Assembly: GCA_964016885.1 (NCBI GenBank)
Contig: OZ024740.1
Location: forward strand, 249,860,001-249,924,000
Direction of reading: 5' to 3'
Origin: Eledone cirrhosa
Lineage: Eukaryota
DNA length: 64,000 nucleotides
Under the pieces are notes generated by a model that saw only the letters and a program-made list of their open reading frames with translations, did not search any database and was not told where the DNA came from. The translations under genes were made by a program, and so were the position numbers. Numbering within the stretch: the stretch's first letter is position 1; every line of letters begins with the position of its first letter. This document shows, one piece after another, positions 39,344 to 52,404 of this stretch.

Positions 39344-39811
39344 CTAGAGAAAAAAGAGTGAGAAAGAAGAAAGTAATTTATTTATTTATTCTATATTCCA
39401 CATTGTGAACAATAGCATCATTGGTTTTGTTTAATTTTTTGCTGTTTGGTCATGGGGGAGGACAGTGCCTATGGCACTTTTCAATGTTTCTGAGATTAGT
39501 GGGAGGAAGATATTCTCAAACGAATGCTTGCAACAGAGTGGATTCTGGTAAGGGAACTCAAGAGCCAGGTGGTGGTGGCATTAAACAAATAGGCCATAAC
39601 AGAATTTGAACTAAGAATACACATAGCTGAAACAAATAGTACAAGATATCCCAACCAACATCCAAATAGTTCTGCTAATCCACAATCCTCCACTGGTACT
39701 TTATTTATCAACTTTGAAAGGATGAATGGCAAAGTTGACCAGTGGGATTTGATATCATAGTAGAGTGCAGATAATGCCAATCAAATTCTTCAATCAAACA
39801 CTGATGGACAC

Positions 39812-40140
39812 AGTATGGCCAAATGGTTACGAAGTTTGCTTTGCAATCTTTAGGTCCCCAGTTTGATCACACTTCATGGCATTTTAGGCAAGTGTCATTT
39901 ATCATAGCTTCAGGTCAACCCATGCCTTGAGTGAAACTGGGCAGACGGAAACTGTTTGGAAGCCCGTTTGATGGACTGTACCTGTAATTCAAAGGGCCAG
40001 TCCTGTCACACTGAATCTCCCTGAAAATTACATTAAAGGTACACATGCATATGGAATGCTCAGTCACTTACATATTAATTTCATGAGCATGCTGTTCCAT
40101 TGATTGAACAACAGGAACATTCGTTGTCAAAAACAACAGA
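39812..40140 (+). mobile_element. Older tRNA-derived SINE (third family)
   Basis: TGGCCAAATGG A-box-like start; related diverged copies near 29200-29510, 30190-30330, 43040-43270 and 49880-49995. Confidence 0.6.
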
Positions 40141-40152
40141 GGTCTATTTCAT

Positions 40153-42180
40153 ACAGTGCATCGCAACCAATCCTGACAGTAAGGTGTTCTGGAAATATGT
40201 TCATTCAAAGCAGAGACCTCACTCTCCAGTTGGTCCTCTTCGCAATCCCCACACAAGCCAGATCACTGACGATCCCAAGGAATGCGCAGAACTCATTGCT
40301 GAGTGCTATGCAAGTATTTTTACTGTTGAAGACCAGAATGTACCATCTCCACCATCTCTAACATCAAATTCCATAACAACTATGGAATTTACACCTGCAA
40401 TGTTGCGACGTCACCTTAAGAATAAGCGCAACTATGCCTCGCCTGGTCTTGATGGTGTGACATACCTGCTTCTCAAACGTGGCGGGGATTTCCTTTTGCG
40501 CCAGCTTTCTTTCTTCTTTCAATACTGTCTCAACAATGGTGCTACTCCGGAGCAGTGGAAAACTGCCAGTGTCATTCCCCTGTTCAAAAAGGGCAACCGC
40601 ATGTCACCTGTCAACTATCGTCCAGTCAGTCTTACTAGCTGTATGGCCAAACTGATGGAATCCTGTGTCAGAGAAACACTTTGGAACTTCTGGAGCTCTC
40701 ACAGCCTCATCCGGCCCTCACAGTTTGGATTTATCCCTAACTCCAGCTGCTGTGATCAGCTTATCGAGTTTCTTGAGGACATCACCCGGATCACTGACAG
40801 CGGCTCATGGGTGGATGTTGTTTACCTTGACTTTGCTAAGGCTTTTAATTCTGTGCCACACAAAAGACTTATGGCAAAACTCTCTGCAATGGGTGTGAGG
40901 GATGATCTTTTCGACTGGCTGAAATCCTTCATTCTCAGCCGAAAGGAAGTAGTCACGGTTCTAGGACAGCATTCTTCACCATATGAGATGTCATCTGGTG
41001 TACCACAGGGATCTGTTCTTGGTCCTCTTTTGTTTGTGGCATATATTAATGACATAGATGCCAACTTACAGAATGCCACGGTACTAAAATATGCAGATGA
41101 CATCAAGCTGTACCTTGAAATCAAAAGGACTGATCCTGAAATTTACAACTCTTTCCTACAATCAGACCTGGACACAATGCAGCAATGGATCACAGACTGG
41201 CAACTGAAGCTGGCTGTGGACAAGTGTACCACCATGCATTTTGGAAGGAAAAATCCAGCGTCCACATACTCCCTCCACAACACTGACATCAAAAAGTCCT
41301 CTTGTGAACGTGACCTGGGCATTACTGTCAGCAACGATTTGCGTTGGACAAAGCATGTCTCTAAGATTGTCAAGAAGGCCGAGGGTGTCTTGGCATCACT
41401 CAGCAAGACCTTTGTTAGCCGCTCTCCAGCCATCTATTTAAAACTGTATACAGCTATGGTGCGACCACACTTGGAATTCGCATCATCAGTCTGGAACCCC
41501 TATCTTGCTCGGAACATTGACCTCCTGGAAACTGTTCAGAGACGTGCAACCAAGCGCATACCCTCCATCAGACACCTACCATACTCTGAACGCCTTGCTT
41601 CCCTGGGCATGGATTCATTGAAGCTCCGACGTCTGGCAATGGACTTGGTGAATACCCACAAAGTTTTTAACCATCTCGCCAACTGCAACCCTGAGCGCCT
41701 CTTTGATCTCCATGTGTCTAACACACGTGGACATGCCTACAAGATAAGAAAACAGCACAGCTCCCATGACTTTCGCAGACATTTTTTCACGCTCAGAGTT
41801 GCTGAAGCATGAAACAAACTGCCTGCGTCAATTGTTAGCTGCCGAGACACTGCATCCTTTAAGACACTCATGCTTCCCAAAATACGCCAAAACTATACCT
41901 GATGTACCCCTTCCATACACATGCACACATGTGTGTATCATGACTCGTGCACTGTTCATTTTACTGATGTTTGTGCATTGCCCTATGTACTGTACATGCA
42001 CTTTTTTGATGAGTTGTGGTGCACCTGGGCACTGTGCACAATATTTCGTTATTGTTATTATATCATGACTCATACACTGTTTATTTTCCTGACATTTGTA
42101 CATTATTCTATGTACTATACATGCACCTTTGATGAGTTGTAGTGCACCTGAGCACTGTACACAATAATTTCATTATTATT
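40153..42180 (+). mobile_element. Young 5'-truncated CR1-clade LINE with an open RT frame
   Basis: ORF 40100..41812 has VVYLDFAKAFNSVPH, GVPQGSVLGPLLF, KYADD, RPHLEFASSVWNP, RGHAYK. One premature TGA near the end. The 3' UTR is duplicated and ends in (ATT)n. Confidence 0.93.
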
Positions 42181-43374
42181 ATATAAACACTGTGACCTGT
42201 GTACTTATAACACATTCCAAGTTACAATATAGGAACAATGAGAAGTAACGGAGGTAGAGACAGTGGCAATGTTAGAACATTCTAGAGTGATGCTTAACCC
42301 TTTTAACACCAAACTACCTGGAACTGTACCTGGTCCGATTACACAAAGCTGTTTATTTTCAAGTGTTTATATTTATCTAAAAACTTTCATTATAATTTTA
42401 TTAAAAAAAATTGTTATGTTCCAAACATAATGAAAAAGTTAGTTATATTAGAAAACTCCCCTAAATTCTGGATTATTTTCAAAATTATATTGCAGATTTA
42501 GGTTCCAGTTGTTGCTGGTATTCATTTTTCAACTGAACGAATTGGATCAACACAAAATGAAGTGCCTCGCTCAAAGTTACAATGTATTGCCTTGTGCAGA
42601 GATCAAATACTCAACAAACACTGTGACCTCTGTACTCTTGAGAGACATTAAATCTGTTATATACTACGACTGAACCAGCTATCTCTGTCTTGGCGACATA
42701 ATAGATCTTCTGTAGGCTTCAATGAAGAGTATTCAGTTGTTAAATCAACTGAATGTCCTACTTGCTAAATTGACATGTAAGTGGCTGAGTATTCCACAGA
42801 CATATGTGCCCTGAACCTCTTCATTTGCATATTCCGTATATCAGACTATGGTTTTCAATTAATTTTCAAAATAATCAAGAATATGGAAAAATTTAGTAAT
42901 GTAACTAACTTTCTCATTATTAAGCTGATGTTTGGAACATAAATTAACAAAGGTTTACACATAATATTGATTGAAGGTTTTCAGATAAAGATAAATTTAA
43001 AAACAAGCAGTGTTGTTATCATAGAATCAGAGACAGTTAGGGTTAACATAATGCTTAGGCAGAATGAACATGACTCAATGTGACAAGACTGAACTTTTGA
43101 ATTAAAGGTACAGTTCATTTGACTGACTTACAAACAGTTTCCATCTACTCAATTTCATTGGCATGGATTGACATAAGGTTATGGTAAACAGCAGTTGCCC
43201 AATGCAAGAGATTGGGATCAAACTCAGAACCTCGTGACTGAGAATAAAACTTCTTAACCACAGTCATACCAGCATCCACAGGAGATAGGAGTCTGAAACA
43301 GAAGCAGATCATGTCAATATGAACTAGGATTCTATTGAAAAAATTAAAAACTTAAAGAAAAATGGTTACATTAC

Positions 43375-43423
43375 CAGATTGATAGCCGACAGAGCTGAGC
43401 AGTTAAATCTCGAGGAAGATGTC
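43375..43423 (-). CDS. NDC1: NDC1 internal exon (GHLPRDLTAQLCRLSI)
   Basis: ttcttcttAG acceptor and GTAATG donor; 49 nt, phase 1-2, bridging the flanking exons; resembles GYIPKAWIST. Confidence 0.88.
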
Positions 43424-44835
43424 CTAAGAAGAAAAGTTTTAAAAAATAAAAACATTTTAGAGATATTTCAGTTTTAGCAATGGTAATAGATTACTGGATT
43501 TGACACACAGGCATACAATGATGTGTAAGACCTACATTTTTTAAATAAAAAAAAGCCTGAAAAATATTATTCAGGATTTATACGACATTTAAGATGTACA
43601 GGCATATTATAAAATATAAGATCTACATTTTTTTTTAATCAAAAAAAGCCTAAAAAATATTATCTAGGTCCTACATATGAATTGGAGCTACATTTCAGTA
43701 GGGAATAATAAGAAAAACATTTTTGTGTAATTACACACAAGCATCTAATGTCATAAACTCTTAACATTAGATTGCATGAAACCACATTAGAAAGACATTC
43801 TAGAAAAGTACAAAACAGCACTATGATTGCATCACTTTAAAATTATAGTCTTTAGTTTACTCAAAATTTTCACAACAATCTGTCCATTAGTAAAAAGATA
43901 CTATAAACAAACCCGCTTTTAGGTATTTTCTCCTAACTTACTTCAGGATGTTAAAAAATGTAGCTTAACTTCATATATAAGACCCAGATAATATTTTTGT
44001 AGGCTTTTTGATTAAAAAAATAAAAAATTTAGGTCTTGCATGTCATTAAATATAGAAACTCCACTGAGAAATTTTCTTCAACTCTATTGATTTTTAGGGA
44101 GAAATGATGTTTACACTTTTCCTAAGAATGATGTGAAGTAAAGTATCTATAACTAGATACAATCTAGATTTCAAACCAACTGAAGGATTTGGGTTGCCAA
44201 GGGATTATCTTCTACTATATAATACTTTTTCAAAACAAGAAAGTAAAATGAAATTCCACACAATATAGATCAAGACAAATTAGCATATAATTGCTTGGCT
44301 TTTAATCAATTAATCAATGTAACAGAAATTTCTTTTTTACTGTTTAGTGATTGAAACAAAGGCAATGCCCATGACTTTTTAGGGCCTATGAGACTGGTGA
44401 GAGTGAGGGAGGAGAATATTTTCAAACCAGAGACCTGGTCTAAATGTTTTCAGCAAAGTTGACTCTGCTAAAGGCATCCAAGGGCCAGGTGGTAGTGTTA
44501 AACAAGGCGACAGATTACGTCTACCACCTTATTAGGTCACAGTGGACTATGAGCTCAGAACACAAAAAGTTGAAACAAATACTGCAAGGCAACCTGTCCA
44601 GTTCTTTAACAAGCCCACCAATCCTCTGCCCTGAACAGGTACTTTATTTCATTGACCTCAAAAGGATGAAAGGCAAAGTTGACCTCAATGAGATTTGAAC
44701 TCAAAACACAAAAGAGCTGGAACAAATATTACAAGACATTTTTTCCTACATATTAACAACTCTGCCAATTCACTCCTAATTACATAGGTATACCTGTTTG
44801 TCTGTGGCAGATAAATAACATGAAGATGGACTTAC

Positions 44836-44944
44836 CAAGAAAGTAGAATATCAGATAAAAAGCTAGCAGTTGTTTGAATATTTGAGCAGCAGATTCAAAT
44901 AATACTGGAACTAGCTGACTTTTAACTTGAAAGAACTTGGCTTG
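44836..44944 (-). CDS. NDC1: NDC1 internal exon (QAKFFQVKSQLVPVLFESAAQIFKQLLAFYLIFYFL)
   Basis: ttttccAG acceptor and GTAAGT donor; 109 nt; resembles QYKFLRFRR...FCILYYFLG. Confidence 0.93.
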
Positions 44945-45169
44945 CTGGAAAAAAGATACAAAGTGTATTTCAGATCGATATTTCTGGATGCACTGCTAGT
45001 GAGTAGCTACAATCATTCAAATACCGGACAGCCAAAGTAATGATGACAATAGTGGTAGTGGTGGTGATGAAAATAATGATAATGTCAGTGATGATGGTGA
45101 GGATAATGATGATGATAATAAATTCCATCCAGACACAGTTAATGAAATATACACTATAGAACATAATAT

Positions 45170-45540
45170 ATAATGAAATTATTGTGTAAAGTGCTCAGGT
45201 GCACTACAACTCGTCAAAGGTGCATGTATAGTACATAGAATAATACACAAATGTCAGGGAAGTGAATAGTGTATGAGTCATGATATATATGTGTGTATGT
45301 GTATGGAGGGGGAACATTAGGTGTAGTGTTGGCGAATCTCGGGAAGCATGGAGGCCTTAAAGGATGCAGTGTCTGTCTCGACAGCTAACAACCGATGCAG
45401 GTAGTTTGTTCCAGGCTTCAGCAACTCTGAGCGTGAAAAAATGTTTCTGAAAGTCATGGGAACTGTACTGTTTTCTGACTTTGTGGGTATGCCCACGTGT
45501 GTTAGACACATAGATATCAAAAAGGTACTCAGGGTTGAAA
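45170..45540 (-). mobile_element. CR1 3' fragment
   Basis: NTRGHTHKVRKQYSSHDFQKHFFTLRVAEAWN; same family as 40153. Confidence 0.88.
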
Positions 45541-45584
45541 TTAAAGGAATTACTTCTAACAATTGCTCCACATAACAGAATGGA

Positions 45585-46585
45585 CTTCTTCTTTCCCCAC
45601 TTATTCCTGGGAGTGTTGTGGGGCAGAGTCCTCATGCCTTCCAGAAGCAACTGTCTCCACATGGTCCGGCTGGAACCCCAAGTGAGACCAACTGAGCTTA
45701 TGGATATTATCCAACCATATTGTGCTGGGTCTCCCATCAGTTGGTTTTGTTTGTAAAATGTGTCCAGAATGAGGTTGGCGTTAGAAAGGGCATCCAGCTG
45801 TAGAAACCAAGCCAAAATCTGTTCTGTATAAGCAAAGCATGGTCACCTGACCTAGCATTGCCCATAAGAGGACAACTTGTCTAACCCATGCTAACGTGGC
45901 AGAATGGACATAAAACGGTGAAGATGTTGATTCTTTCTTTAGACATTCTGATCAAATGCCTGTGGTATTGGAATTGTGATCTCTCTGGCAATGTTACTCT
46001 ATAGACCCTTTTGAGGAATGCCATTTCATCTGCTTGTATTCGCGATTGTATTCTCTAGGTCATTACCCAAGATTCATAACCATAGGTAAGGTTTGGCATG
46101 AATACCGATTTGAAGACAGCGAGTTTGGCTTTTACACCTACCTCCTTTCTTCTGATGACCGAATGCTGAAGCTGGCACATTATTGTACCAGCACCTGCAA
46201 TTCTTACACTTAATTCAGCCTTCTGTCTTCCATCACTTGTGAACATAGCCCCAGGAGTGGTGACTAACCTCTTGAAGGTTAAGGTCACAAGAACAATTAA
46301 AGAACTCAAATATGGCAAGGCCTCTGGGGAGGATGAATTCAGCCTGAGATGTTAAAAGCCTGAAATAAAGAAGGAATTCTCTGGCTGATTCTTGTGTGCC
46401 GGGTGGCATGGATTTCTGGAAAGGCACCTAAACAATTTTCAAAAAGGGAGACAAGAGAGATTGCTTCAATTATAGAGGGATCTTCTTCTTAAGCCTTCCC
46501 GGTAAAGTCTAAGCTAAGTGCCTGGCAAAGAGATGTGGCAAAGATATTGTCAAGTTCAAGCTAGCTGACGAACAGTATGGTTTTT
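45585..46585 (-). mobile_element. RTE family B fragment with an inverted 5' segment
   Basis: 45585..46254 matches the 3' part of 50630..52110 on the minus strand. 46255..46585 matches 50648..50930 on the plus strand. Confidence 0.75.
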
Positions 46586-46598
46586 TAAATGGACTTAC

Positions 46599-46722
46599 CT
46601 GTATAATTTTGAAAGGTGTGTAGTTGTATTGGTTTCTATAATACCTCAGGTGGAACAATAGACCATGGTAAATGGCTGCTGTCACTAAGAAGAGTTTTTT
46701 GTCATTCAAGTAGATTGTAGGG
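46599..46722 (-). CDS. NDC1: NDC1 internal exon (PTIYLNDKKLFLV...QYNYTPFKIIQ)
   Basis: ttctacAG acceptor and GTAAGT donor; 124 nt, phase 2-0; resembles CLNEYHLFFL...NMNYLPFPIIQ. Confidence 0.93.
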
Positions 46723-46838
46723 CTGTAGAAATTATACATAGATACATAAAACTTACTTCAGTATATGTGTGAGTAGGTGAGAATGTGTATATGTGTGTGT
46801 GTGTTGTCATTCAATTAGACAGCACGAGTGATGGTGCA

Positions 46839-46871
<33 letters not shown>

Positions 46872-46924
46872 CAGGAAAGAAGAGTGACACGGTTTGCTAT
46901 ACAAAAAAGGTTTTTAATCTCATT

Positions 46925-47030
46925 GCTGACAATTGTTTCTCTGAACTGGTAGGTCTAGAGATAGCTACCCGCTTGTTTTCACGTTATTCGATCACCAATA
47001 CAAAGTTATAACCAGTCAATTCATCGGAGC
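46925..47030 (-). ncRNA. Hammerhead-like motif with CCGATGA core and an 81-nt stem II region
   Basis: Minus strand reads GCT-CCGATGA-ATTGACTGGT...ACCAGTTCAGA-GAAA-CAATTG-TC-AGC, with palindromic stem III. Confidence 0.6.
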
Positions 47031-47106
47031 TTGTGATAATGAAAGGAATATACAGGCATGGCTACTATATATAGTAGTAATGGCATTCAATCAGAACAAT
47101 CAGAAC

Positions 47107-47576
47107 AATAAATTATTTGAGATAATCACAACATCAATCTAGGTGGGAAGTATAGTATATCTACGATTTTAGCGTGTAAAACTAGCTGACATGAGGCAGA
47201 TGTATAAAATTGACATGTAAAAGCTGTCATGGGGGTGTATTATATATAGTGTAAAGATAAGCCGGTGGCTTTAAACAATGTAGGTCTGGTGGCCGTAAGA
47301 ATCATTTATTATCTGACAGATGAAGAATTTATCACTATCCTCACTACAGTGATAAATTCTTCATCTGTCAGATAATAAATGATTCTTACGGCCACCAGAC
47401 CTACATTGTTTAAAGCCACCGGCTTATCTTTACACTATATATAATACACCCCATGACAGCTTTCACATGTCAATTTTATATATCTGCCTCATGTCAGCTA
47501 GTTTTACACGCTAAAATCGTAGATATACTATACTTCCCACCTAGATTGATGTTGTGATTATCTCAAATAATTTATT
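47107..47576. repeat. 470-bp hairpin (about 230-bp arms, 11-nt loop)
   Basis: 47107..47336 is the reverse complement of 47348..47576, with 2 substitutions and 1 indel seen. Confidence 0.96.
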
Positions 47577-47763
47577 TAATACACACACAGACACAGACAC
47601 ACACACATTGGAAAGACCTCGTTAAAGCTGATGTCAGGGTAGTGAACCTCATAAAGAAGATGACAAAGGAAAGAGATGAATGAGAGGACTTGCCTAACCA
47701 ATGAAAGCATGGAGAAACAGATGGAAAAACTGATGACGATAAATTTGATAATACATATTTTAC

Positions 47764-47935
47764 CTATCTTCTGCACATGGAACAGCCAGTGTAGAGAAAC
47801 TGCCCTTCATAATCCATGAAGCAAATATTGTGATGAATATGCTGGAAATGGTGTATACAAGTCCCTGGAGAATGTTCTGGAAGCGGAAAAACTGCAAAAC
47901 ATTACTAAGCCTGGTTGTTGATATTTGAGGAACCA
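47764..47935 (-). CDS. NDC1: NDC1 internal exon (VVPQISTTRLSNVLQFF...GSFSTLAVPCAED)
   Basis: ttttaaacAG acceptor and GTAAAA donor; 172 nt, phase 1-2; resembles VVPSIPCSRL...GQYSFLVVPC. Confidence 0.92.
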
Positions 47936-48057
47936 CTGTTTAAAATAAGACAGAAAATACCAATATAATAAATAACATAGAAATACCGACTTCAGAGGTT
48001 CAGCATTGAAAAAAATTGAAGTATTAGATGGAATGGTTATCTGATACAAATGATTTA

Positions 48058-49042
48058 TTAACCTTTTCAAAACCAAACCACCTAAAATTGTCCTGGTTCT
48101 GATACAAAAGTCATCATCATCATCATCACCGTTTTACGTCCGTTCTTCCATGCTAGCATGGGTTAGACAGGTTGTCCTGTTGTGGGCAGTGTCTGGTCGG
48201 CTGACCATGCCTTGCTCATACAGGAACTGATTTGGCTTGATTTCTACAGCTGGATGCCCTTCCTAACACCAACCTCATTTACAGTGAGTGCTGGGTGCTT
48301 TTTCGTGGCGCCTACACGTTCACTTTACAGTGTGGGCTGGGTGCTTTTTTGCCGTGGCACCTCCACGACCACCTTGCAGTGGGAGGGTGTGGGGGCATAT
48401 TGTCTATATGCTTCAGCTTGTACTCATGGGAGGTCGGGTACTCTGTATTACTGCGTGACGCCAGAGGTCGGGTACTCTGTATTACTGCGTGACGCCAGAG
48501 GTCACGGCCTTTGAGAGGTGTAATTGGGTAAAGTTGGCTTTTATCACCTCATCCCAGGTCTTCTTGGGTCTCCCCACTCTGCGGTTTCCATTGACTTCTA
48601 GTGGTCTGCACCTTTTTATGCAGCTGTCATCCTTCATACGCATCACATGTCCATACCAACGCAACCACCTCTCCTGCACACAGCATTCGATTCCTCTTAT
48701 GCTCAGTCTCTCTCTCAATTCATTTATGCTTTGTCGTTCGTGTATATTACTATTACACATCCATCAGAGCATGCAGGCTTCGTTTCTCTCTAATCTACGT
48801 AAGTCTTCCACCTTCAGCGCCCAGGTCTCACTACCATGTAACATTGCTGTTCGGATACACGCATCATACAGTCTGCCTTTCATTTTGTGTTTATTTTAAA
48901 GTGTTTGTATTTATGTAAAAAAAATCTTCCTTCATAATTATATATAAAAATCGTTAAACATTAAATTCTGAATTATTTTCAAACTTATTTGAAAACCATA
49001 GGCAGTGTTTTTCATAAGAAATATGGTAAAGAAAGGGTTTAA
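48058..49042. mobile_element. TTAA-flanked (piggyBac-like) MITE split by an RTE insertion; one of many dispersed copies
   Basis: Starts TTAACCTTTT and ends AAAGGGTTTAA. Related pieces near 16128, 20680-20802, 20891-21138, 23975-25263, 28378, 42294 and 49270-49580. Confidence 0.6.
48111..48886 (-). mobile_element. RTE LINE 3' fragment (family A)
   Basis: RWLRWYGHVMRM, GRPKKTW; (CAT)n tail; 34-bp tandem duplication at 48430-48497. Confidence 0.88.
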
Positions 49043-49112
49043 GGATTCATGTATATCAAATGTAAATAATAAAATGAGAATGACAGTGACTTCTAAGCAT
49101 AGAAGAACTTAC

Positions 49113-49214
49113 CTGTATAATGAAATGAATTGTAGATAGCCAATGTGGCGTGCAGGCTAACAGCAAGTACAATAAAGCAGAGAGCTCTCAAAGTGAAATA
49201 TGCCCCAAAGTAAT
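49113..49214 (-). CDS. NDC1: NDC1 internal exon (YFGAYFTLRALCFIVLAVSLHATLAIYNSFHYT)
   Basis: ttatttttAG acceptor and GTAAGT donor; 102 nt, phase 1-1; hydrophobic segment that splices in frame to VVPQIS. Confidence 0.88.
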
Positions 49215-50629
49215 CTAAAAATAACAAGATATCATATAAAATATTTTTAGGATAAATCATGTTTCATCTTAAAACCATTTAATACCAAACTGCCTGAAAC
49301 TGACTGTGGTCCTACAACACAGAAATATATGTTTTAAAATGCTTATATTTATCTGAAAACCTTCCATCATAATTTTATGTAAGAAACTAAATCAGATAAT
49401 GTAGTCCTGGATACTCTATGACTGAATATAACATGAGATAGCTACAGCAGAAATGCTTTGAACAGAGGTTTACTAATCAGTGATTAATTAACTCTTTTAT
49501 TATCATATTTCTAATGAAATACACTACCTATGATTTTCAAATCATTTTGAAAATAATCAAGAATTTGGAAGAATTTAGTAATTGGCAGAATCATTAGGGC
49601 ATCAAACAAAATACCTTGTGGCATTTGTCCTGGCTCTTTATGCTCTGAATTCAAATCCCATTAAGATCAACTTTGCCTTTCATAGTTTTGGGGTTGATAA
49701 AGTAAAGTACTAATGAAGTACTGGCATTGATATAATCAACTATATTCTTCCCACACATTTATGATCTTATATGCTTGGTTAGAATTTATTAATAATCTCA
49801 TACAACTCTGAATATCCAAGTCTTTCTTTTGTGTATTATCCCAATCAATATCTTCATCAATATTATCATGAGATGTAGGCAAGCATGGCTGTGTAGTTAA
49901 GAAGTCTGCTTCACAACCATGTGGTTTCAGATTCTATTCCACTGCATGATACAACAGGTAAGTAAATTTAGTAGAGGGAAACTGTGTGGAAGCCTGTATA
50001 TGTATGTATGTATGTTTGTATGCACATACATGTGTGTGAGTGTATCTCCAGGTTTTCACTTCATATTTGACACTGATAGTAGGGGTTGGTATGAGGCTGT
50101 TGAATACTGCTTTAATTAAAATGTCTCATCCAGCCCTTGCTAGTATGGTAAAGTGAACATAAAAATGATGATGATAATAATGGTGTTGACACAGAGTGGA
50201 GAATTGGTAGAACTGGTTGAGTTACAGACATGATGTCTTGTAGGATAATGAATTGAGAGAACAAGTAAAGCAAGAAAAAATACTTTGTAGTATTTAGTTG
50301 CATTTGTTTATGGTTCGAGATCATATTCTGCCATGGTTGAATTTGTCTTTCAAACTTCTGGGTTCAATAAAATGAATACCAATCAAAACCAGGAGGTCAA
50401 TATAATTAACTGACCCTCCTCTCACCAAAAAATGTGACATTGTCTCTAAGTTGGAAATCAATATTATCATGTCATCTCTTGAGGTGGCAGAATTGGTAAA
50501 GCATCGGATGAAATGTCGTTGTGGAATTTGTTCTGGCTCCTTACACTTAGAGTTCAAATCAAGCCATGGTTAACTTTGCCTTTCATCCTTCTGGGGTTGA
50601 TAAAGTAAAGTAACAGCATCTCCTGATGT

Positions 50630-52110
50630 ACACGAGGTGCATCTGCGAGTGGTAACTAATCTCTTGAAGGCTGAGGTCTCAAGAGCAGTTAAAGAGCTCA
50701 AATGTAGCAAGGCTGCTGGGGAAGATGAAATTCGGTCCAAGATGTAAAAAGCCTTAAATAGACACCTAAACAATGGCAATTGAGAGTAATAGTGCCAATT
50801 TTCAAAAAGAGACAAGAGAGTTTGTTCCAATTTTAGAAAGATCTCTTGTTAAGTCAGTGCTAAGTGTCTGACAATGAGATGCAGGGAGATTGTCAAGTCC
50901 AAGCTAGCTGACGAACTGTTCGGTTTTCACCCTGGAGGCAACACAACTGACCAAATATTCACACTGCAGCAGGTCTTCAAGAAATCGTGGGAGTATTGCC
51001 AAGAGGTATATTCTTGTTTTGTAGACCTCAAAAAGGCATATGACAGCATTCCTCAGGACCTGACGTGGAAGGTTCTGCAGGAGTATGGGATCGATGGTCA
51101 GCATCTTACTGCCCTGATGTCTCTATGAATGCCTGAGTATTTGTGTTCAGATAAATGGTGTTAAATTGAAACCATTCAATGTGGGAGTCAGACTCTGCCA
51201 AAGGTGTGTACTGTCACCTCTCTTGTTCATTATTTTCATGAAAAAGATTGACATGTGGAGCCGGATTGGAAGAGGTATCACGGGTGGCAGGTGTAACATT
51301 AGTTGGCCAGAATTTGCAGACAACTTAACACGACAGAAGGTGACTTCCAACTTGCACTTAATAGGTTTGATGCCGAGTGCTGCATTGCTTGAATGAAAAT
51401 CAGTGCTGCGAAAACTGAGACACTCATTCTCTCAAGGAAGCCTGTGCAGTGCACTCTACATGTGAATGTTCCACTGAAGCATGTAGAGAAGTTCAAGTAT
51501 CTTGGGGCTGTCTTTACGAGTGATGGAAAGCAGAAGGCTTAAGTGCAAGAATTGCAAAAGCTGGTGCAGTAATGCGCCAGGTTCAGCATTCAGTAATCAA
51601 AAGAAGGGAGGTAGGTGTAAAAGCCAAACTCTCTGTCTTCAATTTGGTATTCGTGCCAACCCTTGCCTATGGTCATGATCTTGGGTAATGACCGAAAGAA
51701 TGCAATCGCGAATACAAGCAACCAATATGGGGTTCCTCCAAAGGGTCAATGGAGTAATGTTACTTGATAGAGTACATAGCTCAGAGATCAGAGAATCACT
51801 CCAGGTAGAGTCGCTACTTCTCCAAATTGAGAGATCACAGCTCCAATACTATGGGCATGTGGTTGGAATAACACAGGAAATAATTGCTGGACAGACTATA
51901 CAGGCAAAACTAACTGGCAGCAGACCCAGGGATAGACCTTGAGTAAGATGGTTGAATAACATCTTTGAGCTCAGCCGGTCTTGCTTAGGAATTTAGCCAG
52001 ATCAAATGGTGGCGGTTGCTTCTGACAGGACACACTGGAAGGAGTGTTTGAGGACTCTTCCCCCACAACCCTTAACCCTTTCAGGAATAAGTGAGCAAAG
52101 AAGAAAAAGA
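50630..52110 (+). mobile_element. Decayed RTE-clade LINE (family B), RT to tail
   Basis: FGFHPGGNTTDQIFTL, FVDLKKAYDSIP, VLSPLLFII, QLQYYGHVV; GAA-rich tail. Confidence 0.88.
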
Positions 52111-52404
52111 AGTATTAGGAAGGGCATCCAACAACTGTAAAAACCCAGCCAACACACAGTCCTGATATGTGCAAGGTAGGCACAGCCATCTAGTCAAACT
52201 TGTCTCATATTAGGATCACCCAGTTCCACTGTAAACGTGGTTAGTGTTAGGAAGGGCAACCAACTGTAAAAATCCGAGCTAAAATACAGTTCCATTTGAG
52301 CAAAGTATGGTGCGGTCAACTGGCCAGATTTGTCTCATAGCGTGGATGACCCACCTAACCCATGCAAGCATGGAAAAATAGATGTTAAAGAGTGATGATG
52401 ATGA

